Shown here in pieces: positions 10,302-21,346 of a DNA stretch of 61,223 nucleotides; position 1 is the stretch's first letter; each line of letters opens with the position of its first letter. The position numbers and the translations under genes are program-made. The stretch covers positions 20,839 to 82,061 of the forward strand of contig CAZUHV010000001.1 in assembly GCA_964620965.1 (NCBI GenBank), read 5' to 3'. The notes below the pieces were generated by a model. It searched no databases. It was not told where the DNA came from and saw only the letters and a list, made by a program, of their open reading frames with translations. This DNA comes from an uncultured Pseudomonadales bacterium. Its GTDB lineage: Bacteria; Patescibacteriota; Microgenomatia; UBA1400; PJMF01.

Positions 10302-10334
10302 AAAACCCCTATGCGTTTGCATCAGGGGTTTTTT
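10302..10334 (+). terminator. Intrinsic terminator (potentially bidirectional)
   Basis: AAAACCCCT-ATGC/GTTT/GCAT-C-AGGGGTTTTTT: GC stem flanked by A and T runs. Confidence 0.85.
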
Positions 10335-10352
10335 AATGGTTAAATCAGTTAT

Positions 10353-10973
10353 ATGAAAATTTTATTTGCATCCCAAAACAAAGGAAAACAAAATGAGGCA
10401 AAGGAACTCTTCAAAGACCTTTCTGTAGAGCTTGTTTTTCCAGATTCTTTCCCAGAATTATCTAATTTTGATCCAGAAGAAACAGGAACTACCTTTGAAG
10501 AAAATGCACTTTTAAAAGCAAAAGCCTATGGAGAAAAAGCGCAACTTCCTGCTATCGCAGATGACTCTGGCATAGAAATAGATGGTATGGGGGGACTGCC
10601 AGGAGTTCATTCTAACCGCTGGTTTACTGGCACAGCTGATGAAAGAAATGCTGAAGTCTTAAAAAGGTTGTCAGAAACTACCAACTCCGGTGAACTAAAA
10701 ACAAGAACAGCTCGCTACATAACTGTTTCCTGTTTCTATGATCCTCAAACAGAAGAATATGCAATGTTTAAAGAATTTCAAGAAGGAAGTATTGCAACTG
10801 AATCTTTTGAAGGTGAAGGCTTTGATTATGACAAAATTTTTATTCCAGAGGGTCAAACCCAAACATTTTCTGTTTTAGGTACTGATTTTAAAAATCAGGA
10901 TTCTCAGCGTGCTAGATCATACAGAAAACTTCATGAATACCTCAAAGAGCGTCTTGCTCTTAAAAATGAATAA
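10353..10973 (+). CDS. rdgB: Non-canonical purine NTP pyrophosphatase (Ham1/RdgB)
   Basis: SQNKGK, EETGTTFEENALLKA, ADDSG, GFDYDKIF and SQRARS motifs. Confidence 0.92.
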   Translation: MKILFASQNKGKQNEAKELFKDLSVELVFPDSFPELSNFDPEETGTTFEENALLKAKAYGEKAQLPAIADDSGIEIDGMGGLPGVHSNRWFTGTADERNAEVLKRLSETTNSGELKTRTARYITVSCFYDPQTEEYAMFKEFQEGSIATESFEGEGFDYDKIFIPEGQTQTFSVLGTDFKNQDSQRARSYRKLHEYLKERLALKNE

Positions 10974-10989
10974 GGTATCATAGGTTGTT

Positions 10990-12195
10990 ATGAGTGAATA
11001 CACCCCTTCAAAAAAAATATTAGAAAAATATGCTGATGTCCTGGTAAATTTTGCCCTTAACAGTGGAGCTGGAGTCAAAAAAGGCGAGGTCGTCCAAATC
11101 ACCGTCCCAGATATTGCCAAACCACTTGCAAAAGAACTCTACATTGCAACCCTCAAAGCAGGTGCACACCCAATCCTAAAGCTCTCTCCAACAGGATTTG
11201 AAAGAGAGTTTTTTACGTATGCGAATAAAGAACAGCTCACACATTTTCCAGAAAAATATCTTCGTGCAAAAGCAGATCTCTTACAACATGCTATTTCCAT
11301 CATTGCAGATCCTGATCCAAATGAACTTAAGGGAATTGATTCTAAAAAAATCATGCTCTCAAGAGAAGCTTCCTATCCATTTAGAGAATGGCTGTTTGCA
11401 AAAGAACATAAGAATGAATTTAGCTGGACACTAGGACTTTGGGGAACTCAAGCAAAAGCAGATATTGTTGGGCTTTCTTTAAAAGAATACTGGGACCAAA
11501 TTATAAAAGCTTGTTTTCTAGATACAGAAGATCCCGTATCCGAATGGAAAAAACTAACTAAAATGCAAAAAGATATTATGGATAAATTAAACAAATTATC
11601 AATTGAATCTGTTCATATTACCGGTGAAGACGTAGATTTAACTATCAAACTTGGAGCAAATCGTGCCTGGAAAACAGGAAGTGGCGCCAATATCCCTTCT
11701 TTTGAACACTTTACATCTCCAGATTGGAGAGGAACAAACGGTTGGATCAAATTTAATCAACCACTTTATAGGTATGGAAACATTATTGAGGGGGTTTCTC
11801 TAGAATTTAAAAATGGAATTGTAACAAAAGCAACTGCAAAAAAAGGCCAAAAAGTTCTCCGGGATATGCTCGCAACAAAAAATGCAAATAAGCTGGGAGA
11901 ATTTTCTCTAACAGATAATCGTTTCTCAAGAATCACACATCCAATGGCAGAAACGCTTTTTGACGAGAATATTGGTGGACCATTCGGTAATACCCATGTT
12001 GCTGTTGGAATGGCTTACAAAGACTGTTATAAAGGTGATACTGCAACTGTTACAGAAAAAGAATGGGAAGATCTTGGGTATAACAACTCATCTGTACATA
12101 CCGATATTGTCAGTACTACAAATAGAACAGTTACCGCCACTTTGCAAGATGGTTCTAAAAAAGTCATTTATACAAACGGAAGATTTACTCTTTAA
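10990..12195 (+). CDS. Aminopeptidase, M29 family (AmpS/PepS-like)
   Basis: NIPSFE.FTSP, LGEFSL, LFDEN...HVAVG and SSVHTDIV motifs. Confidence 0.92.
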   Translation: MSEYTPSKKILEKYADVLVNFALNSGAGVKKGEVVQITVPDIAKPLAKELYIATLKAGAHPILKLSPTGFEREFFTYANKEQLTHFPEKYLRAKADLLQHAISIIADPDPNELKGIDSKKIMLSREASYPFREWLFAKEHKNEFSWTLGLWGTQAKADIVGLSLKEYWDQIIKACFLDTEDPVSEWKKLTKMQKDIMDKLNKLSIESVHITGEDVDLTIKLGANRAWKTGSGANIPSFEHFTSPDWRGTNGWIKFNQPLYRYGNIIEGVSLEFKNGIVTKATAKKGQKVLRDMLATKNANKLGEFSLTDNRFSRITHPMAETLFDENIGGPFGNTHVAVGMAYKDCYKGDTATVTEKEWEDLGYNNSSVHTDIVSTTNRTVTATLQDGSKKVIYTNGRFTL

Positions 12196-12279
12196 ATCCC
12201 AATAGTACATAAAAGTAAAATATTTTATATGCGAGCCATTCCAATCTTAGATTGGGGCGAGCAAAAAAAATATTTTACT

Positions 12280-14094
12280 TTACTTCTTCATTGCCTTAAC
12301 ACGCTCATTCTTACTTAAAAACTTTTTACGAAGTCTTAAGTTTTCTGGTGTTACTTCCAACAGTTCGTCATCTTGAATGAAATCTAAACATTGTTCCAAA
12401 CTCATTTCAATTGGTGGAGCAACTTTAAGCATGACATCAGCATTTGATCTAAAGTTAGTAAGTTGCTTACCTTTTGCAATGTTCATTTCCATATCTTCTT
12501 GTCTCTTATTTAGACCAATGATTTGACCTTCATAAACTGGAACGCCAGAATCAACAAAAGTTTGGCCTCTACTTTGAATTGCGTCAATTGCATAGGTTGT
12601 AGAAGTACCAGACTCAGATGCAATAATTGCACCATTTCTCATTTGTTCAATTGCATCCCCAGCAGGGAAATAGCCAAGTAATCGAGAAGCAAAGAGTCCA
12701 TTTCCTCTGGTTTTTGTAAGAATTTCAGATCTAAAACCAAGTAAGTTTCTGCTAGAAATTTCAAACACCATACGAGTAACATTTTTTGAGTTGGTTACGG
12801 AATCTTTCATTAAAGCTTTTCTCTTTCCAAGCTCTTCAACAATAACTCCCGTAAACTCTGCGTCAATTTCTACTGTTAACTCTTCGATAGGCTCACTTAA
12901 AACACCGTCAATTTTTTTCAAAATTACTTCAGGTTTAGCCACTTCCAGTTCATAACCCTCACGACGCATGTTTTCAATTAAAACGGCTAAATGAAGCTCT
13001 CCACGTCCAGAAACAATGAATCCACTTCCGTTTTCGTTAGATTCTATTCTTAAACCTAAGTTTGTTTTCTTTTCTCTTTGTAATCTATCTCCAATCTGTC
13101 TTGGAGTATGGAACTCACCTTCTCTTCCAGAAAATGGTGAAGTATTTGCAGCAATTTGAATACTTAAAGTAGGTTCTGTAACTGTGATCATTGGAAACCC
13201 AGTAGGATCACTTGGATCTGCAACGGTTTGACCAATTTTAACTTCTGGAATACCTGTGATAGAAATAATGTCGCCAGAAATACATTCACTAATTTCTTCT
13301 TTTTCTAAACCTTTACCAGTAAAAACTCCTTGAATTCTGTATTTTTTAACTTCTTCATTTTCATTAAGAAGTACAATTTCTTGATTAGTCTTAACTGTAC
13401 CTTGTGCGACTTTACCAATTGCATACACACCTTTGTACGAGTCAAAATCAATGTTTGAAACAAGCATTTTAAATGGTTTAGTTGGATCACTTGTAGGAGC
13501 TGGGATTTCTTTCAAAATTGTTTCGAATAACGGATTTAAATCTGCATCATTTTCAAAACTACTTGGCATTTCTGTCCAAACCTTACCTTCTCTTGCAACT
13601 GCATAGAGTACTGGAAATAGTAATTGGTCATCCGTATGTGCAAGTTGTAAAAAGAGGTCTTCAACTTCTTGTTTCACTCTTTCAACTTCAGCGTCTTTAC
13701 GATCAATCTTGTTAATAACAACTAATAATTTCAAATTATTTTCGAGCGCCTTTTCCAAAACAAATCTTGTTTGAGGCAATGGACCTTCTGCAGCATCCAC
13801 AATTAATAAGGCACCTTCTGCCATATTGATAACACGCTCAACTTCACCTCCAAAATCAGCGTGTCCTGGCGTGTCGATAATATTTATTTTGGTATTGTTA
13901 TAAAAAACAGTGGTTGTTTTTGCCAAAATTGTAATACCACGTTCACGCTCTTGATCATTACTATCTAAAATTGTAGTTTGTTGCATTTCAGCTTGATTGT
14001 CACGAAATGTTTTGGTTTGTTTAAGCATTCCATCAACTAAAGTAGTCTTACCGTGATCAACGTGAGCAATGATTGCAATATTTCTGATATCCAT
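12280..14094 (-). CDS. typA: Translational GTPase TypA/BipA
   Basis: [35 protein letters not shown] and GRGELHL motifs. Confidence 0.98.
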   Translation of the reverse strand: MDIRNIAIIAHVDHGKTTLVDGMLKQTKTFRDNQAEMQQTTILDSNDQERERGITILAKTTTVFYNNTKINIIDTPGHADFGGEVERVINMAEGALLIVDAAEGPLPQTRFVLEKALENNLKLLVVINKIDRKDAEVERVKQEVEDLFLQLAHTDDQLLFPVLYAVAREGKVWTEMPSSFENDADLNPLFETILKEIPAPTSDPTKPFKMLVSNIDFDSYKGVYAIGKVAQGTVKTNQEIVLLNENEEVKKYRIQGVFTGKGLEKEEISECISGDIISITGIPEVKIGQTVADPSDPTGFPMITVTEPTLSIQIAANTSPFSGREGEFHTPRQIGDRLQREKKTNLGLRIESNENGSGFIVSGRGELHLAVLIENMRREGYELEVAKPEVILKKIDGVLSEPIEELTVEIDAEFTGVIVEELGKRKALMKDSVTNSKNVTRMVFEISSRNLLGFRSEILTKTRGNGLFASRLLGYFPAGDAIEQMRNGAIIASESGTSTTYAIDAIQSRGQTFVDSGVPVYEGQIIGLNKRQEDMEMNIAKGKQLTNFRSNADVMLKVAPPIEMSLEQCLDFIQDDELLEVTPENLRLRKKFLSKNERVKAMKK

Positions 14095-14230
14095 ATTTTT
14101 CCCTTATTTCAGTATATTTTATGCCATTTTGGGCGAAAAGATGTATTATACTCCAATATATCCTATAAAAACAGTATCAGCTTTGTTTCTGGTATTTGAG
14201 TCACACCCAAAAATGCTTTACACTAAAACA

Positions 14231-15892
14231 ATGGAAAACGAAAACACTAATAACCCAGTGGCATATTTTTGTGCCGAATTCGGCTATGATCCTCAGGTTC
14301 CTATTTATGCAGGAGGACTTGGAGTACTAGCAGGAGATACGATTAAAGAAGCTGCCGATAGTGCTGTTCCATTTATTGGAATCGGACTGTTATACAGAGG
14401 CTACGGAACAGTACAAAAAATTGATGCTGATGGACTTCAGTATGAGGAAAACAATTTGTACGACCCAACAACTGTTGGTTTAGAACACGTGTATCTTGAC
14501 GAAATGCCACTTTTTATTAAAGTACATCTAACTCAAGTAGATGTTTGGGTAAGAGTTTGGAAAAAATCATTCTCTGAAAATGTAACGTTATATCTCTTAG
14601 ATACTGAAACAGACCAAAACATGCCTACCGAAAGAAGTATTACCTCTACTCTTTATTCTGGAACCCCTGATACTTTACTAAAACAACAGCTCATTTTGGG
14701 CATTGGCGGAGTGAAGTTGCTGAACACACTCGGTATCAAACCTAAAATCTACCATATGAATGAAGGTAGACCAAACTTTTTGCACTGGGAAGTTATTAGG
14801 GAACTCATGAGAACTCATGAAATCAGGTATCAGGATGCTAAACGAATTGCCATTCAAAAAACTGTGTATACAAATCATACATTAGTCGCTGCAGGAAACC
14901 AAAGTTATCCAACAGATTTACTCGCAGTGTATGCAGAGTATTATGCACAAAGAATGGGTATTTCTGTACAAGAACTACTCGAAGATGGTACAAATCACCA
15001 ATCTCTAGACCAATTCGCAATTACTCAAGCTGCTCTAAATACCTCTAGAACCGCAAATGGAGTAAGCGCCTACCATACACAACTTTCTGAAAAACTTTGG
15101 CCAGAATATAACTGGGTCAATGTTACTAATGGAGTGCACTTTGGAACTTGGCAATCATCGCCTATCAAAACAGCTAGTGAAGATCCTCAAAAACTATGGC
15201 AAGCACACCAAACTGAAAAGCAAAACCTAGCAACATTTGTAAAAGAACGAACTGGCTTTTCTTATGACCCAAACAGAATGGTAATTTCTTGGGCTAGAAG
15301 ACTTGCTGGTTATAAACAGTTTGATTTACTGTTTCAAGATATAGACAGACTCAAACAAATCATTGAAAGTGTTGACAAACCTGTTCAAATTTTAATGTCT
15401 GGAAAGGCCCATTCGGGAGACGTTGGTGGAAAACAAGAACTACAAAAAATCATCAAGCTCATGGCTAATGAGCTTGCGGGATATGCACTATTTATTCCAA
15501 ATTACGATATTACAGTTGCCCAACAACTAACCAGAGGAAGTGATCTTTGGCTAAATACCCCAAAAATGGGATACGAAGCAAGTGGTACTTCTGGAATGAA
15601 GGCAATTGCAAATGGTGTGCTTAACCTTACAGTAATGGATGGTTGGGCAAAAGAAGTAAACTGGACAGATATTGGGTTTGTTTTAAACCATGAAAATCTC
15701 CCACTTGATTTATATGAACAACTAGAAAAAAATTGTATTCCATTATTTTATGAAAGAGATGAACAAGGAACCCCTCAAAAGTGGGTACAAATGATGCAAA
15801 ACTCTATACAACATGCAGAGAACTTTAGCACCAAAAGAATGCTCAAAGAATATCAAGAAAGATTATATAAACATGACGACTCAAAAATATAA
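14231..15892 (+). CDS. glgP: Alpha-glucan (glycogen/starch) phosphorylase
   Basis: AYFCAEFG, YAGGLGVLAGD, HMNEG, RRLAGYK and EASGTSGMK (PLP lysine) motifs. Start set at MENEN. Confidence 0.93.
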   Translation: MENENTNNPVAYFCAEFGYDPQVPIYAGGLGVLAGDTIKEAADSAVPFIGIGLLYRGYGTVQKIDADGLQYEENNLYDPTTVGLEHVYLDEMPLFIKVHLTQVDVWVRVWKKSFSENVTLYLLDTETDQNMPTERSITSTLYSGTPDTLLKQQLILGIGGVKLLNTLGIKPKIYHMNEGRPNFLHWEVIRELMRTHEIRYQDAKRIAIQKTVYTNHTLVAAGNQSYPTDLLAVYAEYYAQRMGISVQELLEDGTNHQSLDQFAITQAALNTSRTANGVSAYHTQLSEKLWPEYNWVNVTNGVHFGTWQSSPIKTASEDPQKLWQAHQTEKQNLATFVKERTGFSYDPNRMVISWARRLAGYKQFDLLFQDIDRLKQIIESVDKPVQILMSGKAHSGDVGGKQELQKIIKLMANELAGYALFIPNYDITVAQQLTRGSDLWLNTPKMGYEASGTSGMKAIANGVLNLTVMDGWAKEVNWTDIGFVLNHENLPLDLYEQLEKNCIPLFYERDEQGTPQKWVQMMQNSIQHAENFSTKRMLKEYQERLYKHDDSKI

Positions 15893-16172
15893 AAAATTTT
15901 ATACTTTAATGACAGAGCAAAATGAAGCTCTTTTTAACGAGTTTGAAAAGATTCATAACAATTATTTGCTAGATAAAAATAAATATGAGGCACAGTTTCA
16001 CAAAATTGGGTTAGAAGTTGTAGACACCATAAGATTCTGGGAGAGAAAACTTTGTTCTGGAATGGAACGAGGAAATAACGGAGTATATTCAGATAAACTT
16101 GCAGATAAGTTTTGGGATGAGGTTCGCACCAGATTTTCTCATATCGACTTGGTTGGATTAAAAACAAAATAA
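15873..16172 (+). CDS. Hypothetical protein
   Basis: ORF coupled to the glgP stop. No recognisable motif. Confidence 0.6.
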   Translation: MTTQKYKKFYTLMTEQNEALFNEFEKIHNNYLLDKNKYEAQFHKIGLEVVDTIRFWERKLCSGMERGNNGVYSDKLADKFWDEVRTRFSHIDLVGLKTK

Positions 16173-16187
16173 AGTTATACTTATATT

Positions 16188-17870
16188 ATGTCTGTTTTTG
16201 TTGAAATTAGCATTTTACTAGCCATTACAACGTTTATCACTATTATAGTTCGTCTCCTTAAACAACCTTTGGTTGTGGGATATATTTTATCTGGAATTGT
16301 CGCAGGACCATATCTACTTAATGTTCTGCATGCAAAGCATGAACTAGAATTATTTTCAAAGGTGGGAATCGTTTTCTTACTTTTTATAGTTGGGTTACAC
16401 TTGAATCCAAAAGTAATTAAAGAAGTTGGAGGAGTCTCCCTAGTTACAGGGCTTGGCCAAGTTTTGTTTACTTCTGTTGCAGGTTTTTTTATTGCTCTGG
16501 CTCTGGGAATCGACAAAATTGCGGCACTTTATGTCGCAATTGCTCTTACCTTTAGCAGCACAATCATTATTTTAAAACTCTTGGCAGACAAGCAAGATTT
16601 ACAAAAACTGTATGCAAAAATTGCTGTAGGATTTTTATTAGTTCAAGACATCGTGGCGACAATAATCCTAATTGGAGTAACTGTATTTTCTCAAGAGTCG
16701 ACCCTTTCTTTACCTCAAACAATTTTGCTTACGATATTTAAAGGCTCTATACTACTTTTAGCGCTTTTAATAATAAATACGTTTATCATAAAAAGAATTA
16801 CAAAGTTTTTAGCAAAATCTCAAGAACTACTCTTTCTGTTTTCTCTCGCATGGGGAACTGGGCTAGCCTCTTTATTTGCAATGGTTGGATTTTCAATAGA
16901 AATTGGGGCTCTCATTGCAGGGGTTATGCTTTCTACTACTCCTTATGCAGATGAAATTGCTTCAAGAATGAAACCTTTAAGAGACTTTTTTATTGTCATC
17001 TTTTTTATTTTGTTAGGTTCTCAATTAACAATTAATAACCTTTCTAACCTACTAGTTCCGGCAATACTATTATCACTGTTTGTGCTGATTGGAAATCCAA
17101 TTATTGTGATTTTAATCATGAATATGTTGGGGTATAACAGAAGAACTGGGTTTATGGCTGGTTTAACTGTGGCTCAAATAAGTGAGTTTTCACTTATATT
17201 AGCCACTTTGGGATTCAGAGTTGGACACCTTTCAGAAGAGATACTTTCTTTAGTAACACTTGTTGGGTTGATAACTATCGCGGGATCTACCTATTTAATT
17301 CTGTATTCCGAAAAAATATTTCCTCATGCAAAGAAACTTTTGTTCCTCTTAGAACTACTCAAAAAAAATAAAAAACAAAAAGGAGTAGTCGAAGAAAACT
17401 ACACTGCTATTATTTTTGGGTATGATCGAGTGGGACATAATTTTGTTTCTGTACTAAAGAAAATAGGTGAGCCTTTTGTTATTGTTGATTACAATCCTGA
17501 ATCAATCGAAAAATTAGAAGAAAAAAACATTTCTCATATTTATGGAGATGCCAGTGATGTTGAATTTTTAGAAGAACTTCCTCTTAAAAAACCAAAGTTA
17601 GCAATTTCAACTATCCCAGATTTTAGTACTAACAAACTCATTCTGGAGTATTTGTTAAACAAAAATGCTAAAGTACAGTTTATTCCAATAGCCCATTCAC
17701 ACACACAAGCTAAAAGGCTTTATGAACTGGGTGCTGCATATGTTGTGATACCTCACTATTTGGGAGCTGAATTTGCTGCAAAAATGATTAAAGAATTCCA
17801 AATAGAACCAAAAAACTATGAGGAAGCAAAAATAAAACACCTTAAAAAATTAGAAAAATTATATTTTTAA
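16188..17870 (+). CDS. CPA2 cation:proton antiporter with TrkA-N (KefB/KefC-like) domain
   Basis: About 13 TMs, FSSTIII, LLVQD, QISEFS and GYDRVG Rossmann motif. Confidence 0.9.
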   Translation: MSVFVEISILLAITTFITIIVRLLKQPLVVGYILSGIVAGPYLLNVLHAKHELELFSKVGIVFLLFIVGLHLNPKVIKEVGGVSLVTGLGQVLFTSVAGFFIALALGIDKIAALYVAIALTFSSTIIILKLLADKQDLQKLYAKIAVGFLLVQDIVATIILIGVTVFSQESTLSLPQTILLTIFKGSILLLALLIINTFIIKRITKFLAKSQELLFLFSLAWGTGLASLFAMVGFSIEIGALIAGVMLSTTPYADEIASRMKPLRDFFIVIFFILLGSQLTINNLSNLLVPAILLSLFVLIGNPIIVILIMNMLGYNRRTGFMAGLTVAQISEFSLILATLGFRVGHLSEEILSLVTLVGLITIAGSTYLILYSEKIFPHAKKLLFLLELLKKNKKQKGVVEENYTAIIFGYDRVGHNFVSVLKKIGEPFVIVDYNPESIEKLEEKNISHIYGDASDVEFLEELPLKKPKLAISTIPDFSTNKLILEYLLNKNAKVQFIPIAHSHTQAKRLYELGAAYVVIPHYLGAEFAAKMIKEFQIEPKNYEEAKIKHLKKLEKLYF

Positions 17871-18791
17871 TTATAGTAAATCTCTTTTATTAAACACAGC
17901 CAACAAACTAAACGAAACTACAAGAGTTCCAGCAACAATAAACATGAATGCTAACGGGTGGTCTTGTAAAGGTAACCCGACATTCATTCCATATAAACTA
18001 AAAACCATTGTTGGAATGGTAAGAATAACGGTAACAGAAGTCAAAAGCTTCATTGTTTTATTCAAGTTATTAGACAAAACACTATAGTGAGATTCTCTAA
18101 TGTTAAAAATCCCCTTTTGATTCGTTTTACATAATCGAATTAACTGTTCATTATCAACCAAAAGATCTTCAATAAGATCTTCATCTTCATCATATAGTTT
18201 TATGAATTTACCAGAAACGAATTTCTTTAATGCTAAACTCATTGGTTCCAAACCAAACAAGAAATCATTAAAAAGTGTTTCGAATTTAACGAATGTGCCA
18301 ATATCTTTATTATCAATTTGTTCAAGATCTGAACTAATATTTCGAATATTTTTATGAATCGCATTTATTAACCTCTGGTAATCTTTATGCATTTCAACAA
18401 ATAGTAAAAGCAGCAATTTTGTTCTTTGAGTTGTAAAAAAGTCTACTTTTCCATTTATAAATTTATCTAAAAAAGGTAGTGCCTTGATAGAAATCGTAAT
18501 TAAAAAATTAGCAGAAATAACAATTAACAGTGGTGAAGTTGTGATTTTGTCTTCTTGCTTGTGCGCAAAACGGGCAAACACATAGGTAATCGCTCCTTCT
18601 TTTTCAATTCTAGGAACTTCAAACGGGTCAAGAGCATCAAGAAGGATATCTTCCTCAAGTTTTAATTTTGCTGCTAAATCAATGAGTTCTTTTTCAGTCG
18701 GATTTTCTACAGAAATCCAAGATCCAAGTCTATAATCATTCAGAACCTGGAGGGCATCATTATTTCGATTTCTATAAAAATACTGAGTCAT
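17871..18791 (-). CDS. corA: CorA family Mg2+/Co2+ transporter
   Basis: YGMN signature between two C-terminal TMs. W-rich N-terminus WISVENP. Confidence 0.93.
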   Translation of the reverse strand: MTQYFYRNRNNDALQVLNDYRLGSWISVENPTEKELIDLAAKLKLEEDILLDALDPFEVPRIEKEGAITYVFARFAHKQEDKITTSPLLIVISANFLITISIKALPFLDKFINGKVDFFTTQRTKLLLLLFVEMHKDYQRLINAIHKNIRNISSDLEQIDNKDIGTFVKFETLFNDFLFGLEPMSLALKKFVSGKFIKLYDEDEDLIEDLLVDNEQLIRLCKTNQKGIFNIRESHYSVLSNNLNKTMKLLTSVTVILTIPTMVFSLYGMNVGLPLQDHPLAFMFIVAGTLVVSFSLLAVFNKRDLL

Positions 18792-18806
18792 ACAGCAATT
18801 ATAGTA

Positions 18807-19475
18807 TCATTGCCCAAGTAAAGCTAGAACTTGTTCTATCGAAATACCATTCATTGTAATCTCATAGAGTTCCTCTTCTGAGTATGCCCTATGTAAATCA
18901 ACATGATCATCTCGATGAATCACAAAACAATTTTCTATACTTTTAGCAAATGCAATCAGCCGAGCTTGGGCTTCTGGAGTTTCTGCTAAGCCAACAAACT
19001 GCTCCATTAAAGCCACTGTGATTATATGATGGAAATGATAGTCGTCTGGATTTGCATTTTCTGGGATTTGTCCTGATGCGATCGCATTACCCCATGCTAA
19101 TAACTTAACTCTTGTTGGAAATTCATACGGACCTCTACTGACCTCCAACATAACCAGACCTGTTTCTGCTTCTAAAGGAAAGTGACTAAAAGTAATTTGT
19201 TGGTCTTCCAATGGAAATGAGGTTATAAATCCTTCTGCTGTGTAAGTACTATTAACTGGAAAAATAAGTGGCTCTAAAACTCTTGGATTTGGTAACGGAA
19301 ATGGTGCCGTTCCAGCTTCATCTTCCTCTCTTTGCTTATCTATTGGAAATGTTGTTATTGTCCCTTGAAGTGCTGGCCCCATAGTCGCTATGAGAGCAAA
19401 TCCAACCAACCCTAAAATCCCTAAATAAATAATTTTATTCTTTGGTTCTTTTAGGTCTGGATTTAATGTTGACAT
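18807..19475 (-). CDS. Hypothetical single-TM protein
   Basis: N-terminal TM (IIYLGILGLVGFALIATMG) followed by a soluble domain. Confidence 0.55.
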   Translation of the reverse strand: MSTLNPDLKEPKNKIIYLGILGLVGFALIATMGPALQGTITTFPIDKQREEDEAGTAPFPLPNPRVLEPLIFPVNSTYTAEGFITSFPLEDQQITFSHFPLEAETGLVMLEVSRGPYEFPTRVKLLAWGNAIASGQIPENANPDDYHFHHIITVALMEQFVGLAETPEAQARLIAFAKSIENCFVIHRDDHVDLHRAYSEEELYEITMNGISIEQVLALLGQ

Positions 19476-19842
19476 TAGGTTTCCTATAATTTTTACCTTT
19501 TAAAATTTTTGTTCTTTTTTTGTCTAACTCAAAGTTTCCATTTTTATCAACCTTACTCATGTTGCTTCGATGAACTTCAGAAAATATTTCGGGAAACTGT
19601 TCTTGTAGACCATACGCAACAATAGTTCCATATGTAACATACAAAACATCAGCTAATTCTTTAGCTATGTGTTCTAAACTGTTAGATTCTTTAACCGCTT
19701 CGATGAGTTCTGATACCTCTTCTTCTAATAAGCTAATTCTAGAAGCTTTAATGTTTTGCGGGATATTTATCTCTGGGAAATCATTAAAATAAGATTGAGT
19801 AATCTTGTGGAACTGTTTTACTTGATACAGTTGCTTTTTCAT
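19435..19842 (-). CDS. All-alpha NTP pyrophosphohydrolase (PRA-PH/DR2231-like, dUTPase-type)
   Basis: EEEVSEL...KELADVLYV and FSEVHRSNMSK...KILKG motifs. Confidence 0.85.
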   Translation of the reverse strand: MKKQLYQVKQFHKITQSYFNDFPEINIPQNIKASRISLLEEEVSELIEAVKESNSLEHIAKELADVLYVTYGTIVAYGLQEQFPEIFSEVHRSNMSKVDKNGNFELDKKRTKILKGKNYRKPNVNIKSRPKRTKE

Positions 19843-19940
19843 TTATTATTACAAAATATACTTCTTTTTTTTGCTTGTCAACAAAAAATAAGTAAAGTTG
19901 ATAAAAACCAGGTAAATAAGATACTATATTAAGTGTACTA

Positions 19941-21323
19941 ATGAAAAAACACATTTTAACTGCAATATCTATTGTAATCTTTATCTTACTATTAGTGCTA
20001 TTTTTTTATAAACTTTCTGACACACCTTTACTTAGCTACGATGAAGCCTGGTATGCCACCATAACTCGCAACATGGTTGCAACACAAAATCCATTAAAAC
20101 TTATTTTTAATGACAAAATTTTTACTGACCATCCTCCATTCGGATATATGTTAATGTCTATTCCAACAATACTTTTTGGAAGTAATGAGTTCTCTGCAAG
20201 ATTTATCTCGGCACTGCTAGGAACCCTTTCTATACTCTTTATATACAAAATAGGAAAGAAACTTGGAAATACAACAACTGGTATAGTAGCAGCTTCAGTT
20301 CTCTTAAGTAGTATGTGGTTTATGTTTAGAGCCCGTTCGGGCAATTTGGATGTTCCGCTAGTATTCTTCGGCATTCTAACTGTCTATTTACTACAACAGA
20401 AACAAAAAAAGTTTTTCTACTTAGGAATAATAAGCTTTGCGCTAGAACTACTAATTAAAACACTTGTGGGAGTTGGAATTTTGCCTATAGTCTTATATCT
20501 AAGTTATATAAACCATAGAAACCATTCAAAAAAAGACTACTTAATAATAGTAGCTCTCTTTTTTTCTATTATTCTTCCTTGGTTTATCTACAACCAATAC
20601 CTTGATCAGAACTTTTTACATCACCATTTTTTTGATATTGGAGTTCGTGGACAAGAAAATGGTTTTTCTGTTACAGCAGTCCAAAATAGTTTAAATTACC
20701 TAGCTATTGGAATTGGAAAATGGTATAAGGTCTTTCTTGTTTCAGCTATAGGGTTACTGATTGTCTTTTTCAAAGAAAGAAAATTACGACAACAAATTCT
20801 CACTCTCTTCTTTTGGTTTTCTGGATTTTCTCTATTTCTTATTTCCAGCAAAACAGAAATTTGGCACCTACTTCCAATATATCCTGTCGTTGCGCTTTCT
20901 ATAGCTCTATTACCAAAAGTTTTTGAACAATTTCTAAATAAAAAGCTGAATAAAGTAGTTGAAACAACTTTTTTAGTATTTACAATTTCCCTTACTTTAT
21001 TTCAATATAATCAATTTTCAAATCTACTATATACAAATCAAAATGGATATAGCAATGAAAAGGATATATCAATTAAAGCTGGCAAATACGAAAATATATA
21101 TCTTTTAGACACCTTTATGCCATCATCAATCTACTACTCTCAAAAACACGTAACTTCTTTACACTGGGACACTGATTCTTATAAGAGCCTCACTGACTTA
21201 CTAGAAAGTGAAACAGGGAATGTTTTTATTGTAAACAAAGATATTGTAAAAAAACTTGAAGCACAAGCTATCTCATTTAAGATTCTAGAAGAGAATGATT
21301 CTTACTTACTTATCTCTAATTAA
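19941..21323 (+). CDS. GT-C glycosyltransferase (ArnT/PMT-like, GT83/GT39)
   Basis: SYDEAWY, DHPP, FSARF and LIKTLVG motifs. Multi-TM. Confidence 0.88.
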   Translation: MKKHILTAISIVIFILLLVLFFYKLSDTPLLSYDEAWYATITRNMVATQNPLKLIFNDKIFTDHPPFGYMLMSIPTILFGSNEFSARFISALLGTLSILFIYKIGKKLGNTTTGIVAASVLLSSMWFMFRARSGNLDVPLVFFGILTVYLLQQKQKKFFYLGIISFALELLIKTLVGVGILPIVLYLSYINHRNHSKKDYLIIVALFFSIILPWFIYNQYLDQNFLHHHFFDIGVRGQENGFSVTAVQNSLNYLAIGIGKWYKVFLVSAIGLLIVFFKERKLRQQILTLFFWFSGFSLFLISSKTEIWHLLPIYPVVALSIALLPKVFEQFLNKKLNKVVETTFLVFTISLTLFQYNQFSNLLYTNQNGYSNEKDISIKAGKYENIYLLDTFMPSSIYYSQKHVTSLHWDTDSYKSLTDLLESETGNVFIVNKDIVKKLEAQAISFKILEENDSYLLISN

Positions 21324-21346
21324 ACTAACTACAAGGGGTAAGACAA

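Noticed and set aside
12231-12270. Hairpin between the aminopeptidase gene and typA as a terminator
   Set aside because: The CCAATC/GATTGG stem is followed by an A run on +, so neither strand has a U-tract after the stem.
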